Positions 18,109 through 27,761 of a stretch of DNA of 64,000 nt are shown here, in pieces. Source of the DNA: Candidatus Latescibacterota bacterium (GTDB lineage Bacteria; Latescibacterota; UBA2968); the NCBI GenBank assembly GCA_965232265.1, contig CBDDPH010000002.1, forward strand, positions 1,595,660 to 1,659,659. The letters run 5' to 3'. Each line of letters opens with the position of its first letter. The first letter of the stretch is position 1. The position numbers were made by a program, and so were the translations under genes. Below the pieces are notes generated by a model. It saw nothing but the letters and a program-made list of their open reading frames with translations, did no database searches and was not told the origin of the DNA.

Positions 18109-20079
18109 ATGGCACAAGAAAGACATCCATCTGTTGAACCCACCCGGTTTGTAAGAGAAGCCGTTACGCTGAAGTCCATTTTGGTGGGCATTGTGGTCAT
18201 TCTGCTATCCGATGCCTATATCACATGGGGCATGTTGCATCTGGCTTCTCGTATGAATAAGTCCTATCTGCCGATGGGGCTGTTTTTTGTGTATGTGGTT
18301 CTGGTTTTGGTAAATATCGCGTTTGACCGAGCAAAGAGCAGGTGGGCACTGTCTCAGCCTGAGATGCAGGTTGCGCTCGGTATGGGGTTGATTGGGGCGT
18401 TTTTCCCATTTTTTGGTCTGGCGAGTTTTTTGCCTACGGTGATTGCGGCGCCTTTTTATCTGGATACGCCGGAGAATGGCTGGCGCGAGCTTTTGCACGA
18501 GCATATTCCCAGGTGGATTGTTTTGCACAATGAGGACGGCGCAGCAACGCTGTTTTACGAGGGGCTTGCGCCGCATCAGGCGATTCCGTGGGGTGCGTGG
18601 GTGGTGCCGCTTTTCTGGTGGGGGTCGTTGATTTTTGCCATTGGTTGGTTGACGTTGTGTATTATGGTGATTTTGCGGAAGCAGTGGGTGGAAAATGAGC
18701 GGTTGGAATATCCGTTGATGAATGTGAGTATCAAGATGGCTGCCGGGTCAGATGATGCGGAGGGCATCGCGCACATGGTTCGGCAGCGGGGGTTTAAAAT
18801 TGGCTGTTTCTTAGGTGCTATAGCTGTGTTGTGGAATATTGTGACGTTCTTTTATCCTCTGATACCGCGTTTGCCCACAACGCCAAATGCCGCCAGTTGG
18901 TTGCGCTGGATGGAGGGCGCGCCCACATTCTGGGTGCAGATCAGCATTTATATTATTGGTTTTGCGTATTTTGCGCGTGTGGAGGCACTGTTCAGTTTTT
19001 GGGTGTTTTTTGTTTTGACGGGTATTGAGATGTCCGTGTTTGACCGTCTCGGCGTGGGGTCTTCTGTTGGGCAAGGGGGATTGGAGGCAGTTCGGTCTCA
19101 GAGTTTTGGCGCGTTTGTGATGATTGTGCTGGTGAGTTTGTGGATGTCGCGGGGTCATTTGAAGGCGGTGTTTCGGAAGGCGTTTAAGGGTGATGCCGAT
19201 GTGGATGATTCTCGGGAGGTGTTGTCTTATCGCACGGCGGTGTTTGGTCTGGGGATTGGGCTTCTTTTTGTAGGTGGGTGGTTGCATCTGGCGGGTATGG
19301 AGTTGAAGGTGCTGGTGCTTTATATGTTTTTTGCTGTGGCAGCCTATATCGGCTTGTCGCGGATTGTGGCTGAGATGGGGTTGCCCTATGCGAATATCTC
19401 AGATACGGCACTGAATTTCGCGCCTATTTATATTTTGGGATCGCGTGCGATTTCAGCGCCTTCTATGGTGAGTCAGGGGTTTATCTACGCGCTGTTCGCC
19501 ACGACGCGCGGGTTTCTCGGTCCGCCTCTGGCACAGGCGCTGAAGCTGACGAGTGGGTTGAAGTTTCGGCGGAATCGCTTGATCGGTGCGATTGCGATTG
19601 CATTGGTGTTGGGGTTTTTCGTATCCATCGGCGATACGGTTTATACTGCCTATCGGCACGGGGGATATAATCTGGGGGGGTTGACGAGGGTGGCGGGCGT
19701 TCGGAATAATTATCAGAAGGCCGTGACGTGGATCCGCAATCCCCAGCCTCCGGATTGGGATAGGCTCACGTTTGCCGGGTCTGGGATGGCGATTGTGTTG
19801 TTGTTGACTTTTTTGCGGTACAATTTTATCTGGTGGCCTTTGCCCGCTGTTGGTCTGGCACTGCAGGGCATGTATATGGCGCGTCGTCTGGTGTTTCCGG
19901 TTTTTATGGTGTGGGTTTATAAGTCGCTTATTCTGAAGTTTGGGGGTGTCGGGATGTATCGCAGGGGACAGCCGTTTTTTATCGGTTTGATGGTGGGCTA
20001 TGCTTTTGCGGTGTTTTTTTCCACGTTGATCGATCATCTCTTTTTTTATGGGCACGGTCATGTGGTGCATGATTTTTGA
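18109..20079 (+). CDS. Large polytopic membrane protein, unknown function
   Basis: 656 aa with more than 12 hydrophobic segments. The minus-strand ORFs across this region are Pro/Arg/His-rich antisense artefacts. Confidence 0.6.
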   Translation: MAQERHPSVEPTRFVREAVTLKSILVGIVVILLSDAYITWGMLHLASRMNKSYLPMGLFFVYVVLVLVNIAFDRAKSRWALSQPEMQVALGMGLIGAFFPFFGLASFLPTVIAAPFYLDTPENGWRELLHEHIPRWIVLHNEDGAATLFYEGLAPHQAIPWGAWVVPLFWWGSLIFAIGWLTLCIMVILRKQWVENERLEYPLMNVSIKMAAGSDDAEGIAHMVRQRGFKIGCFLGAIAVLWNIVTFFYPLIPRLPTTPNAASWLRWMEGAPTFWVQISIYIIGFAYFARVEALFSFWVFFVLTGIEMSVFDRLGVGSSVGQGGLEAVRSQSFGAFVMIVLVSLWMSRGHLKAVFRKAFKGDADVDDSREVLSYRTAVFGLGIGLLFVGGWLHLAGMELKVLVLYMFFAVAAYIGLSRIVAEMGLPYANISDTALNFAPIYILGSRAISAPSMVSQGFIYALFATTRGFLGPPLAQALKLTSGLKFRRNRLIGAIAIALVLGFFVSIGDTVYTAYRHGGYNLGGLTRVAGVRNNYQKAVTWIRNPQPPDWDRLTFAGSGMAIVLLLTFLRYNFIWWPLPAVGLALQGMYMARRLVFPVFMVWVYKSLILKFGGVGMYRRGQPFFIGLMVGYAFAVFFSTLIDHLFFYGHGHVVHDF

Positions 20080-20153
20080 TGTAGAGGCGGGTTTCGAGCG
20101 ATGCTGCAATAGCAGTCCGATCCATCCCAACTGATAACTGATAGGAGCATACA

Positions 20154-21050
20154 ATGGGAAAGAAACGAATTAACAGATGTATCGAGCTTCTCGAGCAGGG
20201 CGAGTATCTCTATTATACGGGTGCTGGCCCTCTCACGTATGAGAATGGGAAGAAGCAGGCAAAGACGTGGGCGGATTTTTTGATGGTGGATTACGAGCAC
20301 AATCCGTTTGATGTGGTTGGTCTGCGCGCGTTTATGCAGGGGCTGGTGGATGGCGGTCCCACAAATTCGGGGCATCGCACGCCAACTGTGTTTGCGACAT
20401 TGCCGTCCAATTGTCGCACTGTGCATGAGGTTCGCGCCAATGCGTGGCAGGTCAGGCATGTTTTGAGTTCGGGGGTACACGGTATTTTGCATACGCATGC
20501 GCGGCAGGCGGATGCAGTGAGGGCGTTTGTCGAGGAGTGCAGGTATCCCTTCCAGACAGCTGGACTGGATCGCGGGCTGGTGCAGGGCCAGCGCGGGGCA
20601 GGCGGTCAGGGATATGCTGCGGGTATCTGGGGGCTTAAAGGACCGGAGTACACGCAGGTAGCGGATCCGTGGCCGCTGAATCCAGATGGGGAGTTGATGC
20701 TGGGTCTTAAAATTGAGGACAGGGAGTGCGTTGCGAATGCCGAGTATATATGCAAGGTGCCGGGGCTGGCATTTGCGGAGTGGGGGCCAGGGGATATGGG
20801 CATGTCCTACGGTTTTGCCGATGCCCACGATCCGCCGTATCCGCCAATTATGGAGGAGGCGCGAAGTATTGTGAAGGGTGCGTGCGATGAGAATGGGATT
20901 CATTTTTTGTGTTCGTGGAAGGATTCTTCGAAGAGTACGGAAGAGAATATCCGGTTTTTGATGGATTGGGGCGTTAGAATTCTCTCTGGCGGCGGAGAAG
21001 ATCAGGCGCGTATTGGTCGCGCAATTTCAGGCAGGAAGATGCCTGTGTGA
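20154..21050 (+). CDS. HpcH/HpaI-family aldolase/citrate-lyase-like enzyme
   Basis: VDYEHNPFD and LGLKIEDRECVANAEYICKVPGLAFAEWGPGDMGMS match the family pattern (DxEH; IE..a..n...i....G.D....G..DL). Confidence 0.6.
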   Translation: MGKKRINRCIELLEQGEYLYYTGAGPLTYENGKKQAKTWADFLMVDYEHNPFDVVGLRAFMQGLVDGGPTNSGHRTPTVFATLPSNCRTVHEVRANAWQVRHVLSSGVHGILHTHARQADAVRAFVEECRYPFQTAGLDRGLVQGQRGAGGQGYAAGIWGLKGPEYTQVADPWPLNPDGELMLGLKIEDRECVANAEYICKVPGLAFAEWGPGDMGMSYGFADAHDPPYPPIMEEARSIVKGACDENGIHFLCSWKDSSKSTEENIRFLMDWGVRILSGGGEDQARIGRAISGRKMPV

Positions 21051-21063
21051 GGGAGGAAGGTTG

Positions 21064-22503
21064 ATGGCAAAGCAGTCCAATATCCTGTTCATTTTTAGCG
21101 ATCAACACCGCCACGATGTGCTCGGCTGTGCCGGGCATCCGCTGGTCCAGACGCCGAATCTGGATCGACTGTCGGATTGGGGCATGCGTTTTGAGCAGAC
21201 GTGGACGCAGTGTCCGGTTTGTATGCCGTGCAGGGCTACGATGATTACGGGGCGATATACGCATGAGTTGGGGTTTACGTCCAATGTTACGGCTGATCGC
21301 AGGGATACGGTTGATGATAGTCCTTTTAAGCCCGCCTGGCCGACGATTATGAAGCAGTTGCAGGGCGGGGGATATGAGACTGCGTCGATTGGCAAGACGC
21401 ACTATCACGGACGGCCCGGTTCTCAGGAGGCGGGAGAGCGCGGGGAGCGTTTCGATACGCGGCAGTTTGGGGATTTTGTGAAGGGTTTTGGGTGGGATTA
21501 TGTGATGGAGGAATACGATCGGTATGGACATGTTCAGAGTCATGTGAAAAGTCCGTATATGGATTTTCTCGAGGCGCGGGGTCTTCTGAAGGCGCATCAG
21601 GAACAGATCCGGGGGATTTACAGGCTTACGCCCACGCACTGGCGGGGCGAGACGAGTGTGTTGCCGCAAGAATGCGAGTTGTCCAGTTTTATTGCCGATC
21701 ACGCGATGGATTGGTTGCAGTCGCGCGATTCCGAGAAGCCGTTTTATCTCCATCTGGGGTTTGTGCAGCCGCATGTTCCGCTGATGGATGATCCGATTTG
21801 GGCGGCTTATTATGCAGATGCGGATATCGAGTTGCCGGATATGACGATGCCGAGGGCTACAAATGAGGTTTGGGCAGAAAAGGTCAAACGGCTCAAAGCG
21901 CATTCTCAGGTTCAGACTATGACAGATGAGTTTGTGCGCGAGGGCATCAGGCATTATCTGGGTGCTGTTTCTCTGGTCGATCAAAAGATTGGCGAGGTGA
22001 TCGATACGCTGGATGCGTTGGGGGAACTGGATAATACATGGATTATTTACAGCGCGGATCACGGCGAGATGCTCGGTGAACATCATCTGTGGGCAAAGCA
22101 CTGTTTTTACGAGGGTTCGGTTCAGGTTCCGCTGATTGTCAGTCCACCGGATCGCAAGCGCAGAGGGGCTTGCAGCGATCTCACGCAGTTGATCGATGTG
22201 GTTTCGACAATTGCAGAGATTGGGCAGGTGGCACCACCGGAGGGTGCCCGCGGGCAATCACTGTTGCCGTTGTTGGAATGCGGTTCTGGCGGATATGAAT
22301 ACGTGTTTTCGACGATTGAGGATTGGACCGGGGTGCGGAATGAAGGCTATCGCTTTACGCTGCATGTTCCAACGGGGACACCCTGTGAGTTGTACGATCT
22401 GGCGAGAGATCCGGGCGAGTTGAATAATTATGTGGAATATCCCGCATATCGGGAGATTGTGAATCAGCTCAAAGCGGTCGTTCTGAACCATCGCACGGGT
22501 TGA
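21064..22503 (+). CDS. Sulfatase (Cys-type, formylglycine-dependent)
   Basis: ILFIFSDQHRHD and the CMPCRATMITG (C-x-P-x-R) signature; later YSADHGEMLGEH. Start moved to the ATG at 21064. Confidence 0.85.
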   Translation: MAKQSNILFIFSDQHRHDVLGCAGHPLVQTPNLDRLSDWGMRFEQTWTQCPVCMPCRATMITGRYTHELGFTSNVTADRRDTVDDSPFKPAWPTIMKQLQGGGYETASIGKTHYHGRPGSQEAGERGERFDTRQFGDFVKGFGWDYVMEEYDRYGHVQSHVKSPYMDFLEARGLLKAHQEQIRGIYRLTPTHWRGETSVLPQECELSSFIADHAMDWLQSRDSEKPFYLHLGFVQPHVPLMDDPIWAAYYADADIELPDMTMPRATNEVWAEKVKRLKAHSQVQTMTDEFVREGIRHYLGAVSLVDQKIGEVIDTLDALGELDNTWIIYSADHGEMLGEHHLWAKHCFYEGSVQVPLIVSPPDRKRRGACSDLTQLIDVVSTIAEIGQVAPPEGARGQSLLPLLECGSGGYEYVFSTIEDWTGVRNEGYRFTLHVPTGTPCELYDLARDPGELNNYVEYPAYREIVNQLKAVVLNHRTG

Positions 22504-22514
22504 GGTCTGTACAG

Positions 22515-23771
22515 ATGAGTGAAGAGACAGAGATATTGATTGTTGGCGGTGGAGCAATCGGCGTTTGCTCGGCTTATTATTTAAATGCAGCGGGTAGAGA
22601 TGTCGCGCTGGTTGATAAAGGCGATATTTGTTCGGGGTGTTCGTATGGGAATGGGGGGCTTGTTGTGCCGAGCCACAGCATACCTCTGTCCGCTCCAGGG
22701 GTGGTGTCTCAAAGTCTGAAGTGGATGTTGAATCCCGAGAGTCCGTTTTATATTAAGCCGCGTTTGGACCGGGATTTGATTTCCTGGTTGTGGCATTTTC
22801 GCCGTGCGTGCAATGAGAAGCATGTTGCGAGGGCTACGCCTGTTATTCGGGCGATGAATATGGCAAGTGTGGCGTTGTTTGAAGATATGGCATCGCTCGA
22901 GGGCATGGATTTTGGGTTTGAGAAGCGGGGGACGATCACGGCGTATAGAACCGAGAGGGGTTTGGCAAAGGCGGTTAAGGACGCGCGTTTTTTGTCGGAG
23001 GTGGGGGTTGAGACGCGGGTTCTCGATACGGATGAGATTGCGGCATTAAATCCCGGGGTTCGGATACGGGCGATTGGTGGAATATTTTTCCCCGAGGATG
23101 CCCATCTCGTGCCACATCGCTTTGTGCGCGGGTTGGCGGAGTATGTCAGTGGAAAGGGCGTTCGCATTCACAGAGAGACAGAGGTTCTGGGGTTTGAGAT
23201 TTCGCGTGGTCGCGTGGTTGCTGTGCAAACGACTCGGGGTGATTTCCAGGCGGAGCATATCATATTGGCGGGTGGATCCTGGTCGCCTGTGATTGCCAAG
23301 GATCTTCATATCAATTTGCCCATCCAACCTGCCAAGGGGTATAGTATTACTTTTAAGCGGCCTGGCGTATGTCCGACAACGCCATTTTCCCTGGGGGAAG
23401 CAAAGGTCGGTATTACGCCTATGGGTGATATGCTGCGGTTTGCGGGTACGCTCGAATTGGCGGGGCTTGATTTTTCGATCAACCAGCGGCGCGTGCAGGC
23501 TATTCTCAGGGCTGTGCCTGAGTATTTTCCCGATTTGAATCCCGACCATCTCGAGATGATAGAAACTTGGTGTGGTTTGCGACCCTGCACGCCCGATGGG
23601 GTGCCATTTCTCGGTCGCGCGCCCGGGGTTGAGAATGTGATCGTGGCTGCTGGTCATGCGATGATCGGCATTTCTCTGGGGCCTGTTACTGGGAAGTTGG
23701 TGGCAGAATTGGTTTCCGATGAAGTGTCCTCTATTGATCTGTCTGCACTGAAAGTGGATCGGTTTGGGTAG
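22515..23771 (+). CDS. FAD-dependent oxidoreductase (DadA/DAO family)
   Basis: ILIVGGGAIGVCSAYYL Rossmann GxGxxG at the N-terminus, about 419 aa, DAO-like C-terminus. Confidence 0.75.
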   Translation: MSEETEILIVGGGAIGVCSAYYLNAAGRDVALVDKGDICSGCSYGNGGLVVPSHSIPLSAPGVVSQSLKWMLNPESPFYIKPRLDRDLISWLWHFRRACNEKHVARATPVIRAMNMASVALFEDMASLEGMDFGFEKRGTITAYRTERGLAKAVKDARFLSEVGVETRVLDTDEIAALNPGVRIRAIGGIFFPEDAHLVPHRFVRGLAEYVSGKGVRIHRETEVLGFEISRGRVVAVQTTRGDFQAEHIILAGGSWSPVIAKDLHINLPIQPAKGYSITFKRPGVCPTTPFSLGEAKVGITPMGDMLRFAGTLELAGLDFSINQRRVQAILRAVPEYFPDLNPDHLEMIETWCGLRPCTPDGVPFLGRAPGVENVIVAAGHAMIGISLGPVTGKLVAELVSDEVSSIDLSALKVDRFG

Positions 23772-23834
23772 GTCGTTTTATAGAGGAGTCAAAAGAGGAG
23801 CGCACAGATGAGGTGGTCACGCGCGTGATTTTAA

Positions 23835-24182
23835 CTATCGCAAGACTTCTGTTTGCGGTTTGCGATGGGGTGAGTGGTCTGTCAAGAGCGGTTTCATGGA
23901 TTCGTTTTTAAGAATCGAAAAAATACTTGTGAGATTATCCATGGTTGGGTTGCCTTTTGGGGATAACATTCGGTGAACACTTTTTCCAGATTTGCCCAAT
24001 TTTTTTGCCAGTTGCTCGAAGCCTATGGTCGAGTTTACCAGTTCTCGAAGAACGAGACGGGCGGTTTCGGGTTCGCCATTTAAGACAGATGCAATGGCTT
24101 CATCCATGAGCGCAGTAGCAAAATTGGGATCGCGTTCAGCTCTTTCTCGAATGGTCTGTTTGTAGTCGCGTGTCAGTGCCAT
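23835..24182 (-). CDS. Addiction-module antidote protein (HigA-family HTH antitoxin)
   Basis: DPNFATALMDEAI..., LAKKLGKSGKSVHRMLSPKGNPTMDNL is typical of the putative addiction module antidote family. 3 nt downstream of the toxin gene. Confidence 0.75.
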   Translation of the reverse strand: MALTRDYKQTIRERAERDPNFATALMDEAIASVLNGEPETARLVLRELVNSTIGFEQLAKKLGKSGKSVHRMLSPKGNPTMDNLTSIFSILKNESMKPLLTDHSPHRKPQTEVLR

Positions 24183-24185
24183 GGT

Positions 24186-24497
24186 TTATCTCCTGAGCTT
24201 ATATTCTTCCAACAGTTTTTTTGCCCGATCAATATCTCTTTGTTGCTGCTTTTTTGTGCCGCCACCAAGCAATACAATAAGGTCGTCGCCATCTTGGAGT
24301 AAATAGATCCGATATCCCGGTCCCCAATCTATTTTGTATTCTCCAAGTCCATAAAACCACTTGATGTTTGATGTGTTTCCCTGTTCGAGACGAACCAAAG
24401 CGACAGCCACTTTAGCCGCTGCCTGGGCATTTAGCTTATCGAACCATTGCTTAAAGGGAATTGAACCGTCTTCTCGCCTGTATTCTGTGACGCGCAT
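24186..24497 (-). CDS. Addiction-module killer protein (RelE/HigB-superfamily toxin)
   Basis: FKQWFDKL...AKVAVALVRLEQGN...GEYKIDWGPGYRIYLLQDGDDLIVLLGGGTKKQQQRDIDRAKKL is the family hallmark. Confidence 0.8.
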   Translation of the reverse strand: MRVTEYRREDGSIPFKQWFDKLNAQAAAKVAVALVRLEQGNTSNIKWFYGLGEYKIDWGPGYRIYLLQDGDDLIVLLGGGTKKQQQRDIDRAKKLLEEYKLRR

Positions 24498-24570
24498 ATA
24501 TTAATGGTAACGTATATGTTACTTTATGTCAATGGTGTAAGATCGCATGAACTTTTTGGAGGGATTCGTT

Positions 24571-25386
24571 ATGTATAGAATTTCTTATGACGGTAGCAAT
24601 AAGAAAGTGATGTGGCAGGAGATGTGGCGGCACGAGTTTGAGGACGCTTTGGAGCGCGATCCCGTGGTGATTGTGCCGGTGGGATCTGTGGAGCAGCACG
24701 GGCCGCATTGTCCGATGGATGTGGATATTTCAGCGCCGTTCTATATGGCGGTGACTGTGGCGCAGCGCGTGGATGATTTTCCCGTGATTGTCGCGCCGCC
24801 GGTGTGGTCGGGGTTTACGCATTATAATATGGGATTTCCCGGTACGATCAATTTGCGTTTGGAGACGTTTCAGAATTTGCTGGCGGATATTTTTCGCAGT
24901 ATTTATGCCAATGGGTTCAAGCGGATTATTTCCGTAAATGGACACGGGGGCAATGCCGCGCCCTGTCGCGCTGTTTCGTGGCAGGTGGCAGAGGAGAATA
25001 TTTTTACGCTGTCATTTAGCTGGTGGGATATGGTGGATAAGGAGTTGCGGGAATGGAGCGCGACAAATGAAGGCGTGGGGCACGCTGGGGAGTGGGAGAC
25101 GGCTGTGCAGCTTCACCTGCGCGAACATCTCGTTGATAAGAGCCGTATTGACAGCGATGTGACGGGGACGAGACCCTTTAGCGATGAACTGTCATTTGCG
25201 GAATTTGCCGAGCGGCGACGCGATACAAAAAAAGATACGGGCATTATGGGCGATGCGTTTGCTGCGAGTGCGGAAAAGGGCGCACGCATTTTTGAACTGG
25301 CCTGTAAACGCCTGGAAAAGCTGGTGTGCGAGTATCACGAGTTGCCCGTGCGCGAGTACCGAGAGTTCGGGTCTCACTGTCTTTGA
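24571..25386 (+). CDS. Creatininase-family amidohydrolase
   Basis: VIVPVGSVEQHGPHCPMDVD and SVNGHGGN motifs. ATG at 24571, 7 nt after a GGAGGG RBS. Confidence 0.8.
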   Translation: MYRISYDGSNKKVMWQEMWRHEFEDALERDPVVIVPVGSVEQHGPHCPMDVDISAPFYMAVTVAQRVDDFPVIVAPPVWSGFTHYNMGFPGTINLRLETFQNLLADIFRSIYANGFKRIISVNGHGGNAAPCRAVSWQVAEENIFTLSFSWWDMVDKELREWSATNEGVGHAGEWETAVQLHLREHLVDKSRIDSDVTGTRPFSDELSFAEFAERRRDTKKDTGIMGDAFAASAEKGARIFELACKRLEKLVCEYHELPVREYREFGSHCL

Positions 25387-25421
25387 ACGCGGATTGTTGT
25401 CTCCCAATTAGGAACAAATGC

Positions 25422-27719
25422 ATGTCTCTCGCTCTTAGAATCATCCGTCTAAAGGCCATGCAAGCGATGCGCTTGCGCGGTAGGACAGCGCAAATTATTC
25501 GCTGTCTTTTTTCGCCTTTTGCCTTTTATCTGTGTGTATCTGCGAAAAACGCTCAAATTATTCTCGTTTTTTTCTGCGGATGCTTTTCATCTGTCAGCTA
25601 TGCTTCTTCTCCACCGGCCACTGATGTTCATATTTGCGAAGTTATCGATGACGAAGACATGTGGGCACGCGATAGTCTGTATGCTGCCGCAAAGCAAGCA
25701 TTAAATGTGGGCGAACCGCGCACCGTGCGGATGATCTACTTTTTGCCGAATGACCGCCCATTTCAGCAAGCTGTGGTTGATTCGATGAAAGTGACAATTC
25801 GCCAGATACAGACGTTTTATGCCGAGCAGATGGAGGCACACGGCTATGGCCGCAAGACCTTTCGCTTTGAAACCGATGCACAGGGCGGCCCAGTGGTCCA
25901 TCGCGTGGATGGGCAGCATCCCGATAGTCAGTATCTCGACAATACATTTGCCACTTTGTTTAATGAGATTAGACAAGCGTTTGATGCCACACAGAATATT
26001 TACTTTATCGTTGTTGACAACAGTACGAATCGAATTGGGCAGGCGGCCGGTAGTGCAAGACTGATGGGGAAAAATGGCGGCATTTGCTTCGTGCCTATCG
26101 GATTTCACTGGACAACGGCGGCCCATGAACTCGGACACACTTTTGATTTGCGTCACAATTTCAATGATGATACGTACATTATGTCGTATGGTCGCCAAGG
26201 ACGGTATCAATTATCTGCGTGCCATGCGGAATTTTTGTCCGTGCATCCCTATTTCAATCCCGATATACCAACTGAAGAGGCACAGCCACCAACTGTCGAA
26301 CTCGTTTCGCAGACTGGATATCCAGCCGGTTCAAAGAGCGTTTCTATCCAACTCAGAGTCAGCGATTCGGATGGGCTGCATCAAGTGATCTTATTTGTTA
26401 CTACAATCCCCCCACATTCTGCTACTGGATCTTATGAAGTGAAGTCGTGTCGTGGATTGGCAGGCGAAAGCGATGTCATTGTTGAATTTGATTACGATGG
26501 CGTTATGCCATCTGATAGCAGCACGAGTCTTTCTGATCCTGTCGAGCATCGGATTTATGTGGAGGCTGTTGATTCTTTTGGGAATGCTGGCAATGCGCGT
26601 TTTGAGCTATTTGATATTTCGACTCGGCGCAACCTCATCGCTACCTTTGAAGAACATACGGGGAATGTCTATTCGGTGGCGTTTTCACCTGATGGCACCA
26701 CTCTCGCTTCCGGGGCATCGGATCCCTCAATCAAGCTGTGGGATGTTGCGACACGGACAAATTTCGCCACGCGTACACGATTTACGAGTAGCGTTTATTC
26801 CGTGTCATTTTCACCCGATGGGGCCATCCTCGCTTCCGGGTCTGGAGACACGGTCGCTCATCTGTGGGAAGTTGCTACGTGGGCAATGATTACCACGCTT
26901 CAAGGACATACAGATGACGTCACTTCCGTGTCATTTTCACCCGATGGGGCCATTCTCGCCTCCGGGTCAGAAGATCGCACAATCAAGCTGTGGGATGTTG
27001 CGACACGGACAAATATTGCCACCCTTGAAGGGCATACGGATGAGGTCACTTCCGTGTCATTTTCATCCGATGGGGGTATCCTCGCCTCTGGGTCATGGGA
27101 TGACACAGTCAAGCTATGGGATGTTGCGACACGGGCAAATTTCGCCACGCTTGAAGGACATACGCGTGGCGTCACTTCCGTGTCATTTTCACCCGATGGG
27201 GATATTTTTGCTTCTGGGTCATGGGATGACACAGTCAAGCTATGGGACGCTGTCACGGGGACAAACATCGCCACGTTTACAGGGCATAGAGGTAACGTCT
27301 ATTCCGTGTCATTTTCACCCGATGGGGGTATTCTCGCTTCTGGGTCATGGGATCGCACAATCAAGCTATGGGACGTTGTCACAGGGACAAACATCGCCAC
27401 GTTTACAGGGCATAGGCGTAGGGTCACTTCCGTCTCATTTTCGCCCGGTGGGACCATTCTCGCCTCCGGGTCATGGGATGACACAATCAAGCTGTGGGAT
27501 ATGTCGCTGTATATCACCTCATCTATGCTGGCCCCTGCATCCGACTTTGATGGTGATGGGACTGTTGGCTTTGTAGATTTTTTGCAGTTTGTAGAAAAAT
27601 TTGGGTTAAGTGAGAAAGATAAAGCGTATCAAACGCGGTTTGATCTGGATGGCGATGGTGTGGTTGGATTTGGCGATTTTCTGATTTTTGCCAATAACTT
27701 TGGTAAGAAGGTATCATGA
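25422..27719 (+). CDS. Multidomain protein: metzincin-like Zn-protease domain + middle beta-rich region + 7 WD40 repeats + C-terminal dockerin-like Ca-binding repeats
   Basis: AHELGHTFDLRHNF (HExxHxxDxxH) plus YIMSYG Met-turn. Seven units of the type GHTDDVTSVSFSPDGAILASGSxDxTIKLWDV. DFDGDGTVGFVDFLQF and DLDGDGVVGFGDFLIF. Start is uncertain: 25422 is the first ATG after the creatininase stop, and the 5' ~180 bp overlaps a dispersed repeat. Confidence 0.8.
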   Translation: MSLALRIIRLKAMQAMRLRGRTAQIIRCLFSPFAFYLCVSAKNAQIILVFFCGCFSSVSYASSPPATDVHICEVIDDEDMWARDSLYAAAKQALNVGEPRTVRMIYFLPNDRPFQQAVVDSMKVTIRQIQTFYAEQMEAHGYGRKTFRFETDAQGGPVVHRVDGQHPDSQYLDNTFATLFNEIRQAFDATQNIYFIVVDNSTNRIGQAAGSARLMGKNGGICFVPIGFHWTTAAHELGHTFDLRHNFNDDTYIMSYGRQGRYQLSACHAEFLSVHPYFNPDIPTEEAQPPTVELVSQTGYPAGSKSVSIQLRVSDSDGLHQVILFVTTIPPHSATGSYEVKSCRGLAGESDVIVEFDYDGVMPSDSSTSLSDPVEHRIYVEAVDSFGNAGNARFELFDISTRRNLIATFEEHTGNVYSVAFSPDGTTLASGASDPSIKLWDVATRTNFATRTRFTSSVYSVSFSPDGAILASGSGDTVAHLWEVATWAMITTLQGHTDDVTSVSFSPDGAILASGSEDRTIKLWDVATRTNIATLEGHTDEVTSVSFSSDGGILASGSWDDTVKLWDVATRANFATLEGHTRGVTSVSFSPDGDIFASGSWDDTVKLWDAVTGTNIATFTGHRGNVYSVSFSPDGGILASGSWDRTIKLWDVVTGTNIATFTGHRRRVTSVSFSPGGTILASGSWDDTIKLWDMSLYITSSMLAPASDFDGDGTVGFVDFLQFVEKFGLSEKDKAYQTRFDLDGDGVVGFGDFLIFANNFGKKVS
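26647..27510. repeat. Seven tandem ~126-bp WD40-coding units with long identical DNA stretches
   Basis: Recurrent strings such as tccgtgtcattttcacccgatgggg and caagctgtgggatgttgcgacacggacaaat at a 126-bp period. Confidence 0.85.
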
Positions 27720-27761
27720 CTTGTGCCTTTGAATCCGGGTCTTTGATAAAGGAGATTTATC

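Noticed and set aside
18205-20903. Series of minus-strand ORFs (62-281 aa) rich in P/R/H/Q
   Set aside because: They are shadow ORFs opposite the polytopic membrane protein and the aldolase gene. They have no motifs or RBS.
20974-22257. 427-aa minus-strand ORF
   Set aside because: It is antisense to the sulfatase gene, which has clear catalytic motifs on the plus strand. Its Arg/Pro/Ile/His-rich low-complexity translation is typical of shadow ORFs.
26452-27576. Alternative-frame ORFs (145, 220, 124 aa) within the WD40 region
   Set aside because: They are periodic artefacts of the 126-bp repeats. The WD40 frame has canonical GH...WD signatures.
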